A DNA stretch of 64,000 nt from Acutalibacteraceae bacterium (GCA_045533875.1 JAZSIQ010000107.1:14673-78672), one strand, 5' to 3'; numbered from the stretch's first letter, positions 10,247 through 20,287 are shown. Notes: generated by a model from the sequence alone, not told the origin. Numbers and translations are program-made.

Positions 10247-11739
10247 AAAAGATAATTGCAATTCTTATGGCAGTCGCCATGCTGCTTTGCCTGTGCTCAT
10301 GTAACGGCTCCGAGGAGCCTGAGACGGAGTCAACCGCCCTGTCAGATGAAGCAGGCGAGAAATATTCTGAAATTCAGACAAAGCTTGTTTACTCAAAAAC
10401 GGATTCAATGAACCCGTTTGAAGCTGAAAGCACGGTAAATATCCGACTCATGTCTCTCATATATGACGGCCTTTTCAGCCTCGATGCAAGCTATACTCCG
10501 AAGCCTGCAGTTGCAAAAAGCTGTGCGGCAGGCGCAAGCGTGCTCAACGTAACGCTTGATTCTTCTGCAAAATTCAGCGACGGTTCAACGGTAAGCGTTA
10601 CAGATGTTATTTATTCATTCAACCTTGCCAAGGAGTCGCCTGCTTTTTCCGCAAGGCTTGCGAATTTTGAATCCGTTACATCGTCAAATAAGTCAACCCT
10701 TATTTTTAATCTTGCCAAGCCTGATGTTTATGCTCAGAATTGCCTTACCTTTCCGATAGTAAAAGCGGATTCCGACGAGGAATTTCCCACAGGAAGCGGC
10801 AGGTATAAGGTTGTTAACAGAAACGGCGTATATGTGCTCGAGAAGAATTCTTATAAAAAGGGATTCAACCCCGAAATAACCGTAATTGAACTGCTTGAAA
10901 TTAAATCGTCTGACGATATGCTCAGCAGCCTTGAAATCGGCAACACCTGCTTCAGCTTTGACGATTTGGCGGACGGTGAATATTCCAGAGTTAACGCTTC
11001 AACCGTTGATGTGCTTATGAATAACATAGTATATCTTGGCATCAACAGCAGCAATGAAATTCTCGCTTTACCCGAATTCAGGGCAGCGGTGAATGCGTGT
11101 GTTGATAAAAAGGATATTGCCGATTCGGCTTTTCAGGGCCATGCCAAGGCCGCCGCTTCCCCGTTTAATCCTGATTGGAGTATGATTGCCGGCAAGCTTA
11201 CCGTGGCTGAAAGTGATTCTGTAAAGGCGACGGAGCTTGTTGCACAGTCTGCCGTTGACCTTACCGGTAAGACATTTACTTTGCTTGTAAATTCCGACAA
11301 CGGCTTTAAAAAAGAAGCAGCAAATCTTATAGCGGCACGGCTTCTTTCTGCGGGGATTATTGTTGAAGTAAGGGCGCTGCCTTATGAAAGCTATATTGAA
11401 GCGGTTAAAAATGAGGAGTTTGACTTTTATATAGGCGAAATCCGCCTTACTCCCGATATGAATATTTCCGCTCTTTTCTCGGACGGAAGCTGCGGATACG
11501 GGGTCAGCGGAGATGCTGATGTGCAGAGCATTCTGCGCTATGAGCAGCTGCTTAAGGGTGAATGCGAAATAATGGATTTCATCAATACTTTCAACAGCGA
11601 AAATCCGTTTATTCCTCTTTGCTACCGCTCGGCAACTGTATCCTATACAAACTCGCTCGATTACGGGAATGTTCCGTGCTGTGACAGTGATGTTTTTTCA
11701 AATATAGAAAAGTGGAAGATTTTGAGTATTAAGGAGTAA
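10243..11739 (+). CDS. Family 5 ABC solute-binding lipoprotein
   Basis: Lipobox LCLCSC; IYDGLF, AKFSDGS, PTGSGRY typical of Opp/Dpp/Nik-type binding proteins. Confidence 0.8.
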   Translation: MKKIIAILMAVAMLLCLCSCNGSEEPETESTALSDEAGEKYSEIQTKLVYSKTDSMNPFEAESTVNIRLMSLIYDGLFSLDASYTPKPAVAKSCAAGASVLNVTLDSSAKFSDGSTVSVTDVIYSFNLAKESPAFSARLANFESVTSSNKSTLIFNLAKPDVYAQNCLTFPIVKADSDEEFPTGSGRYKVVNRNGVYVLEKNSYKKGFNPEITVIELLEIKSSDDMLSSLEIGNTCFSFDDLADGEYSRVNASTVDVLMNNIVYLGINSSNEILALPEFRAAVNACVDKKDIADSAFQGHAKAAASPFNPDWSMIAGKLTVAESDSVKATELVAQSAVDLTGKTFTLLVNSDNGFKKEAANLIAARLLSAGIIVEVRALPYESYIEAVKNEEFDFYIGEIRLTPDMNISALFSDGSCGYGVSGDADVQSILRYEQLLKGECEIMDFINTFNSENPFIPLCYRSATVSYTNSLDYGNVPCCDSDVFSNIEKWKILSIKE

Positions 11740-11741
11740 AG

Positions 11742-13766
11742 ATGTTTTCAGCTCATACAGATATTAAATATCTGAAAGGGGTCGGTGAAAAGCGGGCAAA
11801 GCAGCTTGCGAAGCTCGGGATTTTCACCGTCAGGGATTTACTTTATCTTTTTCCCCGTATCTATGAGGACCGCAGCAAGATTGTGCCCGTAGCAAAGGCT
11901 CCTTTAAATGAGAATGTAAGCATCAGGGCAATGGTTTGCCGCCCGTGCACGGAATACAGAGTGCGCAAGGGGATGACTCTTTACAAAACAAAGATAACCG
12001 ATGGCGAAAGCATGGTTAATCTTACTTTTTTCAATAACAAATATGCCGCCATGCAGCTTGAGCAGGGCGAGGAATATATTTTCTTTGGCAAAATAACGCT
12101 CAACGGCTACACGAGGGAGATGACCTCTCCTGCCTTTGAGAGTGCCGAATCGGGCGAAAGAATCAGGCCCGTTTATCCTCAGACAATGGGGCTCAATTCA
12201 AGAGCACTCGAAAAGCTTGTAAGGCAGGCGCTTGATAATGCGGTTATCGATGACCCGTTGCCCGAAAAGCTTCGCAACGATTATTGCCTTATGCCGCTCA
12301 GGCAGGCGATTGAAAATATTCATTTCCCTGCCAATGAGGATTATATGAGTGAAGCAAGGCGCAGGCTCATTTTTGAAGAACTCATCTTTTTACAGTTGGG
12401 TCTTTTGCGTTTAAAGAGCAAAAACCGCCGAACTACCGCTTGCGTGATGCTGCAGGATTTTACTGATGATTTTTACAAAGCGCTGCCTTTTGAGCTTACA
12501 AATGCGCAGAAAAAGGCAATAGCACAAAGCGTTGAGGATATGGCGAAGCCTGTTCCTATGAACAGACTTTTGCAGGGCGATGTTGGCTCGGGTAAAACCG
12601 CTGTTGCAGCGGCGCTTGTTTACAATGCTGCAAAGAACGGATTTCAGAGTGCGCTTATGGCACCCACCGAGGTGCTCGCCCAGCAGCATTATGAAACTTT
12701 TTGTAATTTCTTTAAAGATACCGATATAAATGTTACTTTGCTTACGGGCTCAACCCCTGCGGCGGCAAAAAAGAAAATCAAAGCCCGCATTGCATCGGGG
12801 GAGGTGTCGCTCGTAATAGGCACCCATGCTCTTATTCAGAAGGATGTTGAGTTCAAATCCCTTGGCTTTGTTGTTACCGATGAACAGCACAGATTCGGAG
12901 TAAATCAGCGCTCGGCGCTTAACGGTAAGGGTGACTGCCCCCATACCCTCGTTATGTCGGCAACTCCCATTCCCCGTACGCTTGCCCTGATTATTTACAG
13001 CGACCTTGATTTGAGTGTGCTTGATGAATTCCCCAAGGGCAGGCAGAAGATTGATACCTTCAGCATTGACGGCGAAAAGCGGGAAAGAGCCTACGGTTAT
13101 GTAAAAAAGCATCTTTGTGAGGGCAGGCAGGGTTATATAGTGTGCCCGCTTGTAGAGCAGGATGAGGAGCTTGAGCTTGTTTCGGCGCAGGAGCTTTATT
13201 CAAAGCTTGCCGATGGATTCTTCAAGGGCTTTAAGGTCGGTTTGCTCCACGGCAAAATGAAAGCGGAGGATAAAAAAGAGGCCCTGAGTGCTTTTTCGCA
13301 GGGAGAAACTCAGTTGCTTGTTTCCACAACGGTTATAGAAGTAGGTATCGACGTGCCGAATGCCGTTATTATGGTGGTTGAAAATGCGGAGCGCTTCGGA
13401 TTATCCCAGCTTCACCAGCTCAGGGGTCGCATAGGCAGGGGAAAGCACAAATCCACCTGTATTCTTATTTCCGATGCGCAGAATCACGAGGCTCAGCGCC
13501 GTCTGCACACGATGGTTACCACTTCGGACGGTTTTAAAATTGCTGATGAAGATTTGAAGCTGCGGGGCCCCGGTGATTTCTTCGGCTCCCGCCAGCACGG
13601 CTTGCCCGATTTGAAAATTGCCGATATGATGAGCGATACATTTATATTGAATGAAACCCGTCAGGCGGCAATTGCAATGCTTAAAGAAAACCCCGCCCTT
13701 GAGGGCGAGGAATATGCGCTTCTAAGAAAAGCGGTAAATTCAATGTTCTCGGCTGCGCAGAATTAA
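11742..13766 (+). CDS. recG: ATP-dependent DNA helicase RecG
   Basis: LQGDVGSGKT, DEQHRFGV, MSATPIPRTL, QLHQLRGRIGRG. Confidence 0.97.
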   Translation: MFSAHTDIKYLKGVGEKRAKQLAKLGIFTVRDLLYLFPRIYEDRSKIVPVAKAPLNENVSIRAMVCRPCTEYRVRKGMTLYKTKITDGESMVNLTFFNNKYAAMQLEQGEEYIFFGKITLNGYTREMTSPAFESAESGERIRPVYPQTMGLNSRALEKLVRQALDNAVIDDPLPEKLRNDYCLMPLRQAIENIHFPANEDYMSEARRRLIFEELIFLQLGLLRLKSKNRRTTACVMLQDFTDDFYKALPFELTNAQKKAIAQSVEDMAKPVPMNRLLQGDVGSGKTAVAAALVYNAAKNGFQSALMAPTEVLAQQHYETFCNFFKDTDINVTLLTGSTPAAAKKKIKARIASGEVSLVIGTHALIQKDVEFKSLGFVVTDEQHRFGVNQRSALNGKGDCPHTLVMSATPIPRTLALIIYSDLDLSVLDEFPKGRQKIDTFSIDGEKRERAYGYVKKHLCEGRQGYIVCPLVEQDEELELVSAQELYSKLADGFFKGFKVGLLHGKMKAEDKKEALSAFSQGETQLLVSTTVIEVGIDVPNAVIMVVENAERFGLSQLHQLRGRIGRGKHKSTCILISDAQNHEAQRRLHTMVTTSDGFKIADEDLKLRGPGDFFGSRQHGLPDLKIADMMSDTFILNETRQAAIAMLKENPALEGEEYALLRKAVNSMFSAAQN

Positions 13767-13777
13767 AAATCCGCCGC

Positions 13778-14257
13778 TTATTTGGCGGCGGTGAGGTTTA
13801 AACTTTGGATATCAATGTTGGTGCTTACGGTTTCGTCAAGGGTGCTCTGCGGAAGAATCCTTGAAATGTTGGAGTTTTCATCAACCATTGCTATGGGGAT
13901 GTCGGGCAGAATTTCATGGATTTTTGCTATGAATCCGCTGCTTCTCTCACGGGGGAAGCCCGTTACAAGCATACTTGCATTCTCTTTGTGGGCAACAACG
14001 GCGGCAAGAATATCGGGGCTGTCGTTAAAATAAATGCTCATGGAGGCATCAGCCATTCTTGCGGCTTCGTAAAGCGCTTCAAGAATCAAAGAGGTTTCGC
14101 TGCTTGCGGATTCCTTTTTGCCGAACACGCTCAGAACTCGCAGGGGCATTCGGTTTTCCATGGCGATAAGCTCGCCTGCTTTTATGAGCCTTTCGCATGA
14201 AAGCTGTGGGGTTACGCACACAAGCACGCATTTGGTTTCGTTTTTTGTTTTTTTCAT
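13778..14257 (-). CDS. UspA-like / KdpD-Usp-domain stand-alone protein
   Basis: VLVCVTPQLSCERLIKAG N-terminal strand-helix and MLVTGFP resemble the Usp fold; GGAG RBS. Confidence 0.55.
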   Translation of the reverse strand: MKKTKNETKCVLVCVTPQLSCERLIKAGELIAMENRMPLRVLSVFGKKESASSETSLILEALYEAARMADASMSIYFNDSPDILAAVVAHKENASMLVTGFPRERSSGFIAKIHEILPDIPIAMVDENSNISRILPQSTLDETVSTNIDIQSLNLTAAK

Positions 14258-14366
14258 TATCATTCTCCTTCAAAGGAGTAATATTGTCGCAAGGTTATGA
14301 TAGCATATATTTGTTTCAAATTTTGTAAAAATGGGTTACAAAACTGTAAAGAAACGGAGGCAAAAT

Positions 14367-15338
14367 ATGAACAGGCAATTATTTCTCGGTGTTGACGGTG
14401 GCGGAAGCAAAACCACCGCCGTTGTGTTTGATGAAACGGGTAATTTTGTATGCTCCTATGTAGGTGAGAGCATCAATTATTATTCCATAGGTCTTGATGC
14501 TGCCCGTGCCAATATGGCGCAGATTGTGGCTGAAATCGGCAAAACAGCAGGCTGTGAAAGCTTCAAAGGCGCAGTTATAGGTATGTCGGCGTTAGGCGAG
14601 AAAGCAACCGATGAGGAGCTTGAAGCTTTTGCAAAAGGTGTGATTGAAGCCGAAAACATTTACATGGATTCCGATTTATACATAGCAATGCAGGCGCTCA
14701 ATGCCCGCGGGGAGTGTGCTGTGGTAATCAGCGGCACGGGTTCAATGGTTACCGCCAGAACAGAAAGCGGAGAGATGATTCACGCAGGCGGTTGGGGTCA
14801 TATCCTCGGCGATGAGGGCAGCGGCTACTGCATTGGTCTTGATGCAATAAAAGCGGCAATTGCTTCTTATGAGGGCTATGGCGAAAAAACCGAGCTTTAT
14901 GAGGAATGTCTCTCATTTTTTGAGATTGATAATATATATGACCTCATAGGCTTGTTTTATGATAAAGGCGTCAGCCGTAAAAAGGTAGCTGCGTTTGCTG
15001 TCAATGTCAGAGTACTTGCTGCCACAGATGATAAGGTAAGCTATGAGATTCTTGAAAGCGGAGCAAAAAAACTTTCCAAAACAGTGCTCAGCCTTATAAA
15101 GAATTTTTCAAAGGCTTTGCCCATAGGTCTCTGGGGCGGAATTTTCCAGCATTCTCAGCTTTATACAGGTATCTTCAAGCAGGAGCTTGCAAAAGAAGGA
15201 TTTGAAAATGTAAAGCTGTTAAGCTTTACACCTGAAATCGGCGCAGTTTTTGCTGCATACAGATTTGCAGGGGTTGAAATAACCGAATCAGTTCTTGAAA
15301 ATATTACAAACAGTTATCTGAGGAAAGGAAGAGAATAA
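14367..15338 (+). CDS. BadF/BadG-family N-acetylhexosamine kinase-like ATPase
   Basis: GVDGGGSKT, ISGTGS, GGWGHILGDEGSGY; GGAGG RBS. Confidence 0.85.
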   Translation: MNRQLFLGVDGGGSKTTAVVFDETGNFVCSYVGESINYYSIGLDAARANMAQIVAEIGKTAGCESFKGAVIGMSALGEKATDEELEAFAKGVIEAENIYMDSDLYIAMQALNARGECAVVISGTGSMVTARTESGEMIHAGGWGHILGDEGSGYCIGLDAIKAAIASYEGYGEKTELYEECLSFFEIDNIYDLIGLFYDKGVSRKKVAAFAVNVRVLAATDDKVSYEILESGAKKLSKTVLSLIKNFSKALPIGLWGGIFQHSQLYTGIFKQELAKEGFENVKLLSFTPEIGAVFAAYRFAGVEITESVLENITNSYLRKGRE

Positions 15339-15340
15339 GC

Positions 15341-16705
15341 ATGAAAAAAGCCGTAATTCTTTGCGCAGGGTCAGGCAGTAAAATATGGCCCTATAATAAA
15401 ATCCGATGCAAGGCGATGATTCCCGTATCAAACAAGCCCTGTGTTGCCCACGGTGTGGATATTCTTTGCGAGCTTGGATTTGAGGATATTATTATAGTCG
15501 GCAATCTTTTTGTTGAGGAAATAAAGGCTTACTTTGCAAAATATAATAACGTAACCGTTATCTCCGATTCAGCTCCCAAGGGTACAGCCTTTTCCCTGCT
15601 CAAGGCAAGAGAGTTTGCAGGCGGCGAGGATTTCCTTTGCCTTTACGGAGATACCGTTATTGATAAAGCGGACATGGAAGCTCTCATAAGTGCGTTTGAA
15701 GCCGGCTCGGATAATGCGGTGCTTGTTGATTCAATCAGAAGCAGGGCTAATGACTGCATAGGCTGTGAAGTTGAAGACGGTAAGATTGCTGAGATTTGGG
15801 GGCATTCAGAGGAGTCAACTCATTTCTTTGCCGCTTTTGCCCTTAAGGGTGATATATTTGCAACGCTTGAAAGAAATTCAGGCAGATTCACAAATGTTGA
15901 AGTAGGCATGATGCCTCATATAGAGGGTTATCTTGAAATGAGTCTTTGCGACCTGATGCGTGAGGGAGAGCAGATAGCTGCGGTAAGAGCGCAGAAAAAG
16001 GTGTTTGACCTCGATAAGCCCTGGCACATCATGGAGGCCAATTGCGAAATCAATAAGCGCCGCTGTGATGCACTGAGCAAGAATGAGCTTGCAGAGGGTG
16101 CAAGCATTGATGAAACGGCGGTTATCAACGGCTTTGTGAAGCTCGGCAAAAACAGCTCCATCGGAAAGAATGTAATAATAGATGGTAATATAATCGTTGG
16201 CGACAATACCCGTATTTACAACGGCGCAATAGTGCAGGGCAGCACGGTTATAGGCGATGAATGCGCAGTGCGCAACGCATGCTTTATTTCAGAGGGCTCA
16301 ACCGTTGGCGATGAATGCGTAGTCAGCCATGCTGCAGAGCTTGAGGGCGTTATTTTTAAAAGAGTTTATCTCTATCATTATATGGAGTTTTACGGTGTTA
16401 TAGGTGAAAATACCGACCTTGGCGCTGCAACAGTATGCGGAACTCTGCGTTTTGATAACGGCATTACCTCTCACCGCTGCAAGGGCAGAAAGGAATATCC
16501 CGAGTGCTACGGTGATGCAAGCTTCCTTGGCGATTACTGCCGTACGGGAGTCAATGCGATTCTCATGCCGGGTGTTAAGGTGGGCGCTTACAGCGTGGTA
16601 GGCGCAGGTGTGCTTCTCAATAAGGATGTGCCCGACAATACTTTGATTTACACAAAGCAGGAGCTTGTTGAAAAGCCCTGGGGCAGCGAGATTTACGGTT
16701 GGTAA
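15341..16705 (+). CDS. GlmU-like sugar-1-phosphate nucleotidyltransferase with left-handed beta-helix
   Basis: AVILCAGSGSKIWP, KAMIPVSNKP, LYGD; hexapeptide repeats; GDYCRTGVNAILMPG resembles archaeal-type GlmU C-terminus. Confidence 0.8.
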   Translation: MKKAVILCAGSGSKIWPYNKIRCKAMIPVSNKPCVAHGVDILCELGFEDIIIVGNLFVEEIKAYFAKYNNVTVISDSAPKGTAFSLLKAREFAGGEDFLCLYGDTVIDKADMEALISAFEAGSDNAVLVDSIRSRANDCIGCEVEDGKIAEIWGHSEESTHFFAAFALKGDIFATLERNSGRFTNVEVGMMPHIEGYLEMSLCDLMREGEQIAAVRAQKKVFDLDKPWHIMEANCEINKRRCDALSKNELAEGASIDETAVINGFVKLGKNSSIGKNVIIDGNIIVGDNTRIYNGAIVQGSTVIGDECAVRNACFISEGSTVGDECVVSHAAELEGVIFKRVYLYHYMEFYGVIGENTDLGAATVCGTLRFDNGITSHRCKGRKEYPECYGDASFLGDYCRTGVNAILMPGVKVGAYSVVGAGVLLNKDVPDNTLIYTKQELVEKPWGSEIYGW

Positions 16706-16716
16706 ACAATAATTCA

Positions 16717-16788
16717 GGGCTCGCTTCGTAAATGAAGTGAGCCCGTAATATTTACAGAAAAGCCCCCGGTGCTTACGCATCGGGGGCT
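16717..16788. terminator. Two terminator hairpins between convergent genes
   Basis: gggctcgcttc/gaagtgagccc (16717-16744) and agcccccggtgc/gcatcgggggct (16761-16788). Confidence 0.7.
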
Positions 16789-16809
16789 GAAATGTTTTAT
16801 TCTGTTATC

Positions 16810-18159
16810 TTATGCGGAAACGTTCTTGATAAGATTGGTGATGCTGGAGATAAGAGCTTTGATAATGTTAACGAAGGAAGGAGCGATAGAAACGATTGAG
16901 TTGATAGCAAGCTTGCCGTAGGAAAGGAAAATATCCCAAGCTGATGCGGGTTCCTCATAGAAGCCGTTATCCTTTGCATACTCAAAAGCAGCAGTTTCGT
17001 CTTCGCAATCAATTGTGAAGCCTTCGATCTTGGTGCCCTTTGCTTTGTAGCCGAAAGCTCTCTTGCCGATTTCTTCAACTTCGCTTGTGAGAGTTACGCT
17101 GGTGAAAGCGCAGTTAAGGAAAGCTTCCTTGCCGATTTTTGCGGTGGAGATGATGCTGGATTCAGCTTTTTCATCATAGTTAACCTTTGCAAGAGCGGTG
17201 CAGCCTTCGAAAGCGGAATCTTCGATTTCTTCAACACTTTCGGGGATTTCGATTTCAGCAAGAAGAGTGCAGCCGAAGAAAGCTTCTTCGCCGATAACGG
17301 TGGTTTCAGCCTTGTCAGCAAACTCTACGGTCTCAAGACCTGTGCAGCCTGCGAAAGCGGAATCGTCGATTTCTTCAACGCCTGCGGGGATTTCAACTTC
17401 TTCAAGGTTGGTGCAAGCAGCAAAAGCGGAAGCGCCGATTGCGGTAAGGTTCTTGGGGAAAGAGATTTCTTCAATGCCCTTGCAGCCATAGAAGCAACCT
17501 GAGGGGATTTCAGTGATAGCTGAGGAGAGGGTGATATCCTCAAGGTTTGTGCAGCCGCTGAATGCGGAAGCTGCGAGAGTGCTTACGCTGATAGTTTCAA
17601 GGCTTGTGCAGCCTGCAAAAGCGGAAGTGCCGATTTCAACAACCTTGCTCAGGTTGATATCTTCAAGGCTTGTGCAGCCTGCGAAAGAGGAGTCGCCGAT
17701 TTCAATACCGTCAGCGAGAACTACTGTATCAAGGTTTTTGCAGCCGTTGAAAGCAGAGTTGCCGATAGCGGTCATGTTCTTGCTGCCGGAGATGGTCTTA
17801 AGAGCTGTGCAACCGTCAAAAGCGGAAGCGCCGATTTCGATTGCGTTCTTGAAGTCAACCTTTGTAACATAGAGGAAATCCTCAAATACGCTTGAGCTGA
17901 TAGCTTCGGGACCGTCAATGATGATGGTCTTAACCTTGGTGCTGTCATCAAGGTTGTACTTTTCAATCCAGCCTGTGCTGTTTGAAAGAGTGCCTGAACC
18001 CTTAACGGTGAGAGTCTTTGCATCAGAATCGAAAATAAATGTGTCAGCAGCGTTGGGACCCCACTGTGCTTCGGTAGCAGCGCTTGCCATAAGTACAGCT
18101 GAACCGAATGTGAGAACAACTGCAAGGAGAATTGCTAAGGACTTTTTGAATGTTTTCAT
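16810..18159 (-). CDS. BspA-type (TpLRR) leucine-rich-repeat surface protein
   Basis: Signal peptide MKTFKKSLAILLAVVLTFG; about ten ~23-aa repeats IGxSAFxGCTxLxxI. Confidence 0.9.
   Translation of the reverse strand: MKTFKKSLAILLAVVLTFGSAVLMASAATEAQWGPNAADTFIFDSDAKTLTVKGSGTLSNSTGWIEKYNLDDSTKVKTIIIDGPEAISSSVFEDFLYVTKVDFKNAIEIGASAFDGCTALKTISGSKNMTAIGNSAFNGCKNLDTVVLADGIEIGDSSFAGCTSLEDINLSKVVEIGTSAFAGCTSLETISVSTLAASAFSGCTNLEDITLSSAITEIPSGCFYGCKGIEEISFPKNLTAIGASAFAACTNLEEVEIPAGVEEIDDSAFAGCTGLETVEFADKAETTVIGEEAFFGCTLLAEIEIPESVEEIEDSAFEGCTALAKVNYDEKAESSIISTAKIGKEAFLNCAFTSVTLTSEVEEIGKRAFGYKAKGTKIEGFTIDCEDETAAFEYAKDNGFYEEPASAWDIFLSYGKLAINSIVSIAPSFVNIIKALISSITNLIKNVSA
17100..17860 (-). repeat. Intragenic ~69-bp tandem repeats encoding LRRs
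   Basis: Recurring gtgcagcc...gaaagcgga units, e.g. 17198-17230, 17342-17375 and 17606-17630. Confidence 0.75.
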
Positions 18160-18343
18160 TTTTTGACTCCTCTCGGAAAATTTTAATAAGTTGCGGATTT
18201 TTCCGCTCTTTACAAATTTAAATTATATAACGAGGTTAACAATATGTCAAGATGTCAAAAGGCTAAAATGTTTAATTTATTATTAATATTTTTTTAACAG
18301 AGGAAATATTACCGAATTCGGTTCAATAAAAATTGGACGGTTA

Positions 18344-20287
18344 TCAGAAGATTTCCTTGCTGTCAACCTGTGATTTGGCAAGAGCGATAAATTCATCTAC
18401 GCCCATAGCGCCGAGGTCGCCCTCGCCCCTCTTGCGAACGGAAAGAGTGCCGTCTTCAATTTCCTTATCACCGATAAGGAGCATATAGGGGATCTTCTTG
18501 AGCTGAGCCTCACGGATTTTGTAGCCTGTCTTTTCGCTTCTGGTGTCAACCGTGGCGCGGAAGCCGAAGGAAGCGAATTTATCGGCGATAGCCTGTGCTG
18601 CTTCGTGGTGGCGGTCAGCAATGGGAAGAAGGCGAATCTGCTCGGGAGCAAGCCACAGGGGGAATGCGCCTGCGTACTTTTCAATAAGAAGAGCAAGTGT
18701 GCGCTCGTAGCAGCCGATTGAGGTTCTGTGAATGATGTAGGGATTCTTCTTTGTGCCGTCAGCCGCAACGTATTCCATGCCGAATTTTTCGGCGAGCATC
18801 TGGTCAATCTGAATGGTGATGAGGGTGTCTTCCTTGCCGTGAACATTCTTAATCTGGATGTCAAGCTTGGGTCCGTAGAAAGCAGCCTGACCGATGCCGA
18901 TTTTGTAAGGAATCTCAAGGTGGTCAAGGATTGTGTGCATTATGCCGTGAGTCTTGTGTGACTGTTCGTCGGTGCCGATGTACTTGGCTCTGTCGTCAGG
19001 ATCCCACTGTGAGAAACGGTAGGAAACGTCCTCATAAAGACCTAGGGTTTTGAGCATATAAATTGCAAGCTCAAGGCAGCCCTTGAATTCGTCCTCAAGC
19101 TGCTCGGGTGTGCACATAAGATGACCTTCGGAAATGGTGAACTGTCTTACCCTGATAAGTCCGTGCATTTCGCCGCTTGCCTCGTTACGGAAGAGAGTAG
19201 AGGTTTCGTTATAGCGCAGGGGAAGGTCACGGTAGGAGCGTGCTCTGTTGAGGTAAGCCTGATACTGGAAGGGGCAGGTCATGGGGCGAAGAGCGAAAAC
19301 TTCATCGTCCTTTTCCTCGTCGCCGAGTACAAACATACCGTCCTGATAATGATCCCAATGGCCTGAAAGCTTATAAAGGTCGCTCTTTGCCATATAGGGA
19401 GTCTTGGTAAGGAGCCAGCCCTTGCTCTGCTCAACGTCTTCAACAAAACGCTGAAGAGTCTGGATGATTCTTGCGCCGTTGGGAAGAAGAATGGGAAGAC
19501 CCTGGCCGATAAGGTCGCTTGTGGTGAAGATTTCAAGCTCTCTGCCGAGCTTGTTATGGTCACGCTTCTTTGCTTCTTCAATAGCCTCAAGGTGAGCTTC
19601 AAGGTCTTCTTTCTTTGTGAAAGCGGTGCCGTAAACTCTCTGAAGCATCTTATTTTTGGAGTCGCCTCTCCAGTAAGCTCCGGTGCATGAGGTGAGCTTG
19701 AAAGCCTTGATTCTGCTTGTGTCGGGGATATGAGGGCCGGCGCAAAGCTCATTGAATTCGCCCTGCTTGTAGAAGGAAATCTTCTCGCCCTTGTCAGCGT
19801 GTTCCTTAATAAGCTCAACCTTGAAAGCCTCGCCCTTTTCTTCCATGAGCTTTATAGCCTCGTCAGCGTCAAGCTCATATTTTTCCAGTTCAAGACCTTC
19901 CTTGACGATTTTCTTCATCTCTGCTTCGATTTTTTCAAGAACATCGGGAGTAAAGGGTACGTCAATATCAAAGTCATAGTAAAATCCGTTGTCAATAGCG
20001 GGGCCGATGGCAAGCTTTGCCTCAGGATAAAGCCTTTTAACTGCCTGAGCGAGGACATGGGAAGCCGTGTGACGGAAGGCCTCCTTGCCTTCTTTTTCAT
20101 CGAAGGTTACGATTTCAAGAGCGCAATCCTCGGTGAGGGGAGTTCTTAAATCCTTAACCTCGCCGTTTATGCGGCAAACGCATGCAGCTTTGTAAAGACC
20201 CATGCCGAGGCTTTTGGCAACCGCCATAGCGGTTGTGCCGTTTTCGTATTCCTTAACTACGCCGCCTTTGAGTGTAACATTAATCAT
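18344..20287 (-). CDS. thrS: Threonine--tRNA ligase
   Basis: N-terminal TGS domain, RHTASHVLAQAV, DHNKLGREL, RPMTCP, AAFYGPKLD, IHRTSIG. Confidence 0.97.
   Translation of the reverse strand: MINVTLKGGVVKEYENGTTAMAVAKSLGMGLYKAACVCRINGEVKDLRTPLTEDCALEIVTFDEKEGKEAFRHTASHVLAQAVKRLYPEAKLAIGPAIDNGFYYDFDIDVPFTPDVLEKIEAEMKKIVKEGLELEKYELDADEAIKLMEEKGEAFKVELIKEHADKGEKISFYKQGEFNELCAGPHIPDTSRIKAFKLTSCTGAYWRGDSKNKMLQRVYGTAFTKKEDLEAHLEAIEEAKKRDHNKLGRELEIFTTSDLIGQGLPILLPNGARIIQTLQRFVEDVEQSKGWLLTKTPYMAKSDLYKLSGHWDHYQDGMFVLGDEEKDDEVFALRPMTCPFQYQAYLNRARSYRDLPLRYNETSTLFRNEASGEMHGLIRVRQFTISEGHLMCTPEQLEDEFKGCLELAIYMLKTLGLYEDVSYRFSQWDPDDRAKYIGTDEQSHKTHGIMHTILDHLEIPYKIGIGQAAFYGPKLDIQIKNVHGKEDTLITIQIDQMLAEKFGMEYVAADGTKKNPYIIHRTSIGCYERTLALLIEKYAGAFPLWLAPEQIRLLPIADRHHEAAQAIADKFASFGFRATVDTRSEKTGYKIREAQLKKIPYMLLIGDKEIEDGTLSVRKRGEGDLGAMGVDEFIALAKSQVDSKEIF

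Noticed and set aside
17100-17860. Tandem DNA repeats as a mobile or diversity-generating element
   Set aside because: Fully explained by TpLRR protein repeats; no reverse transcriptase or recombinase nearby.
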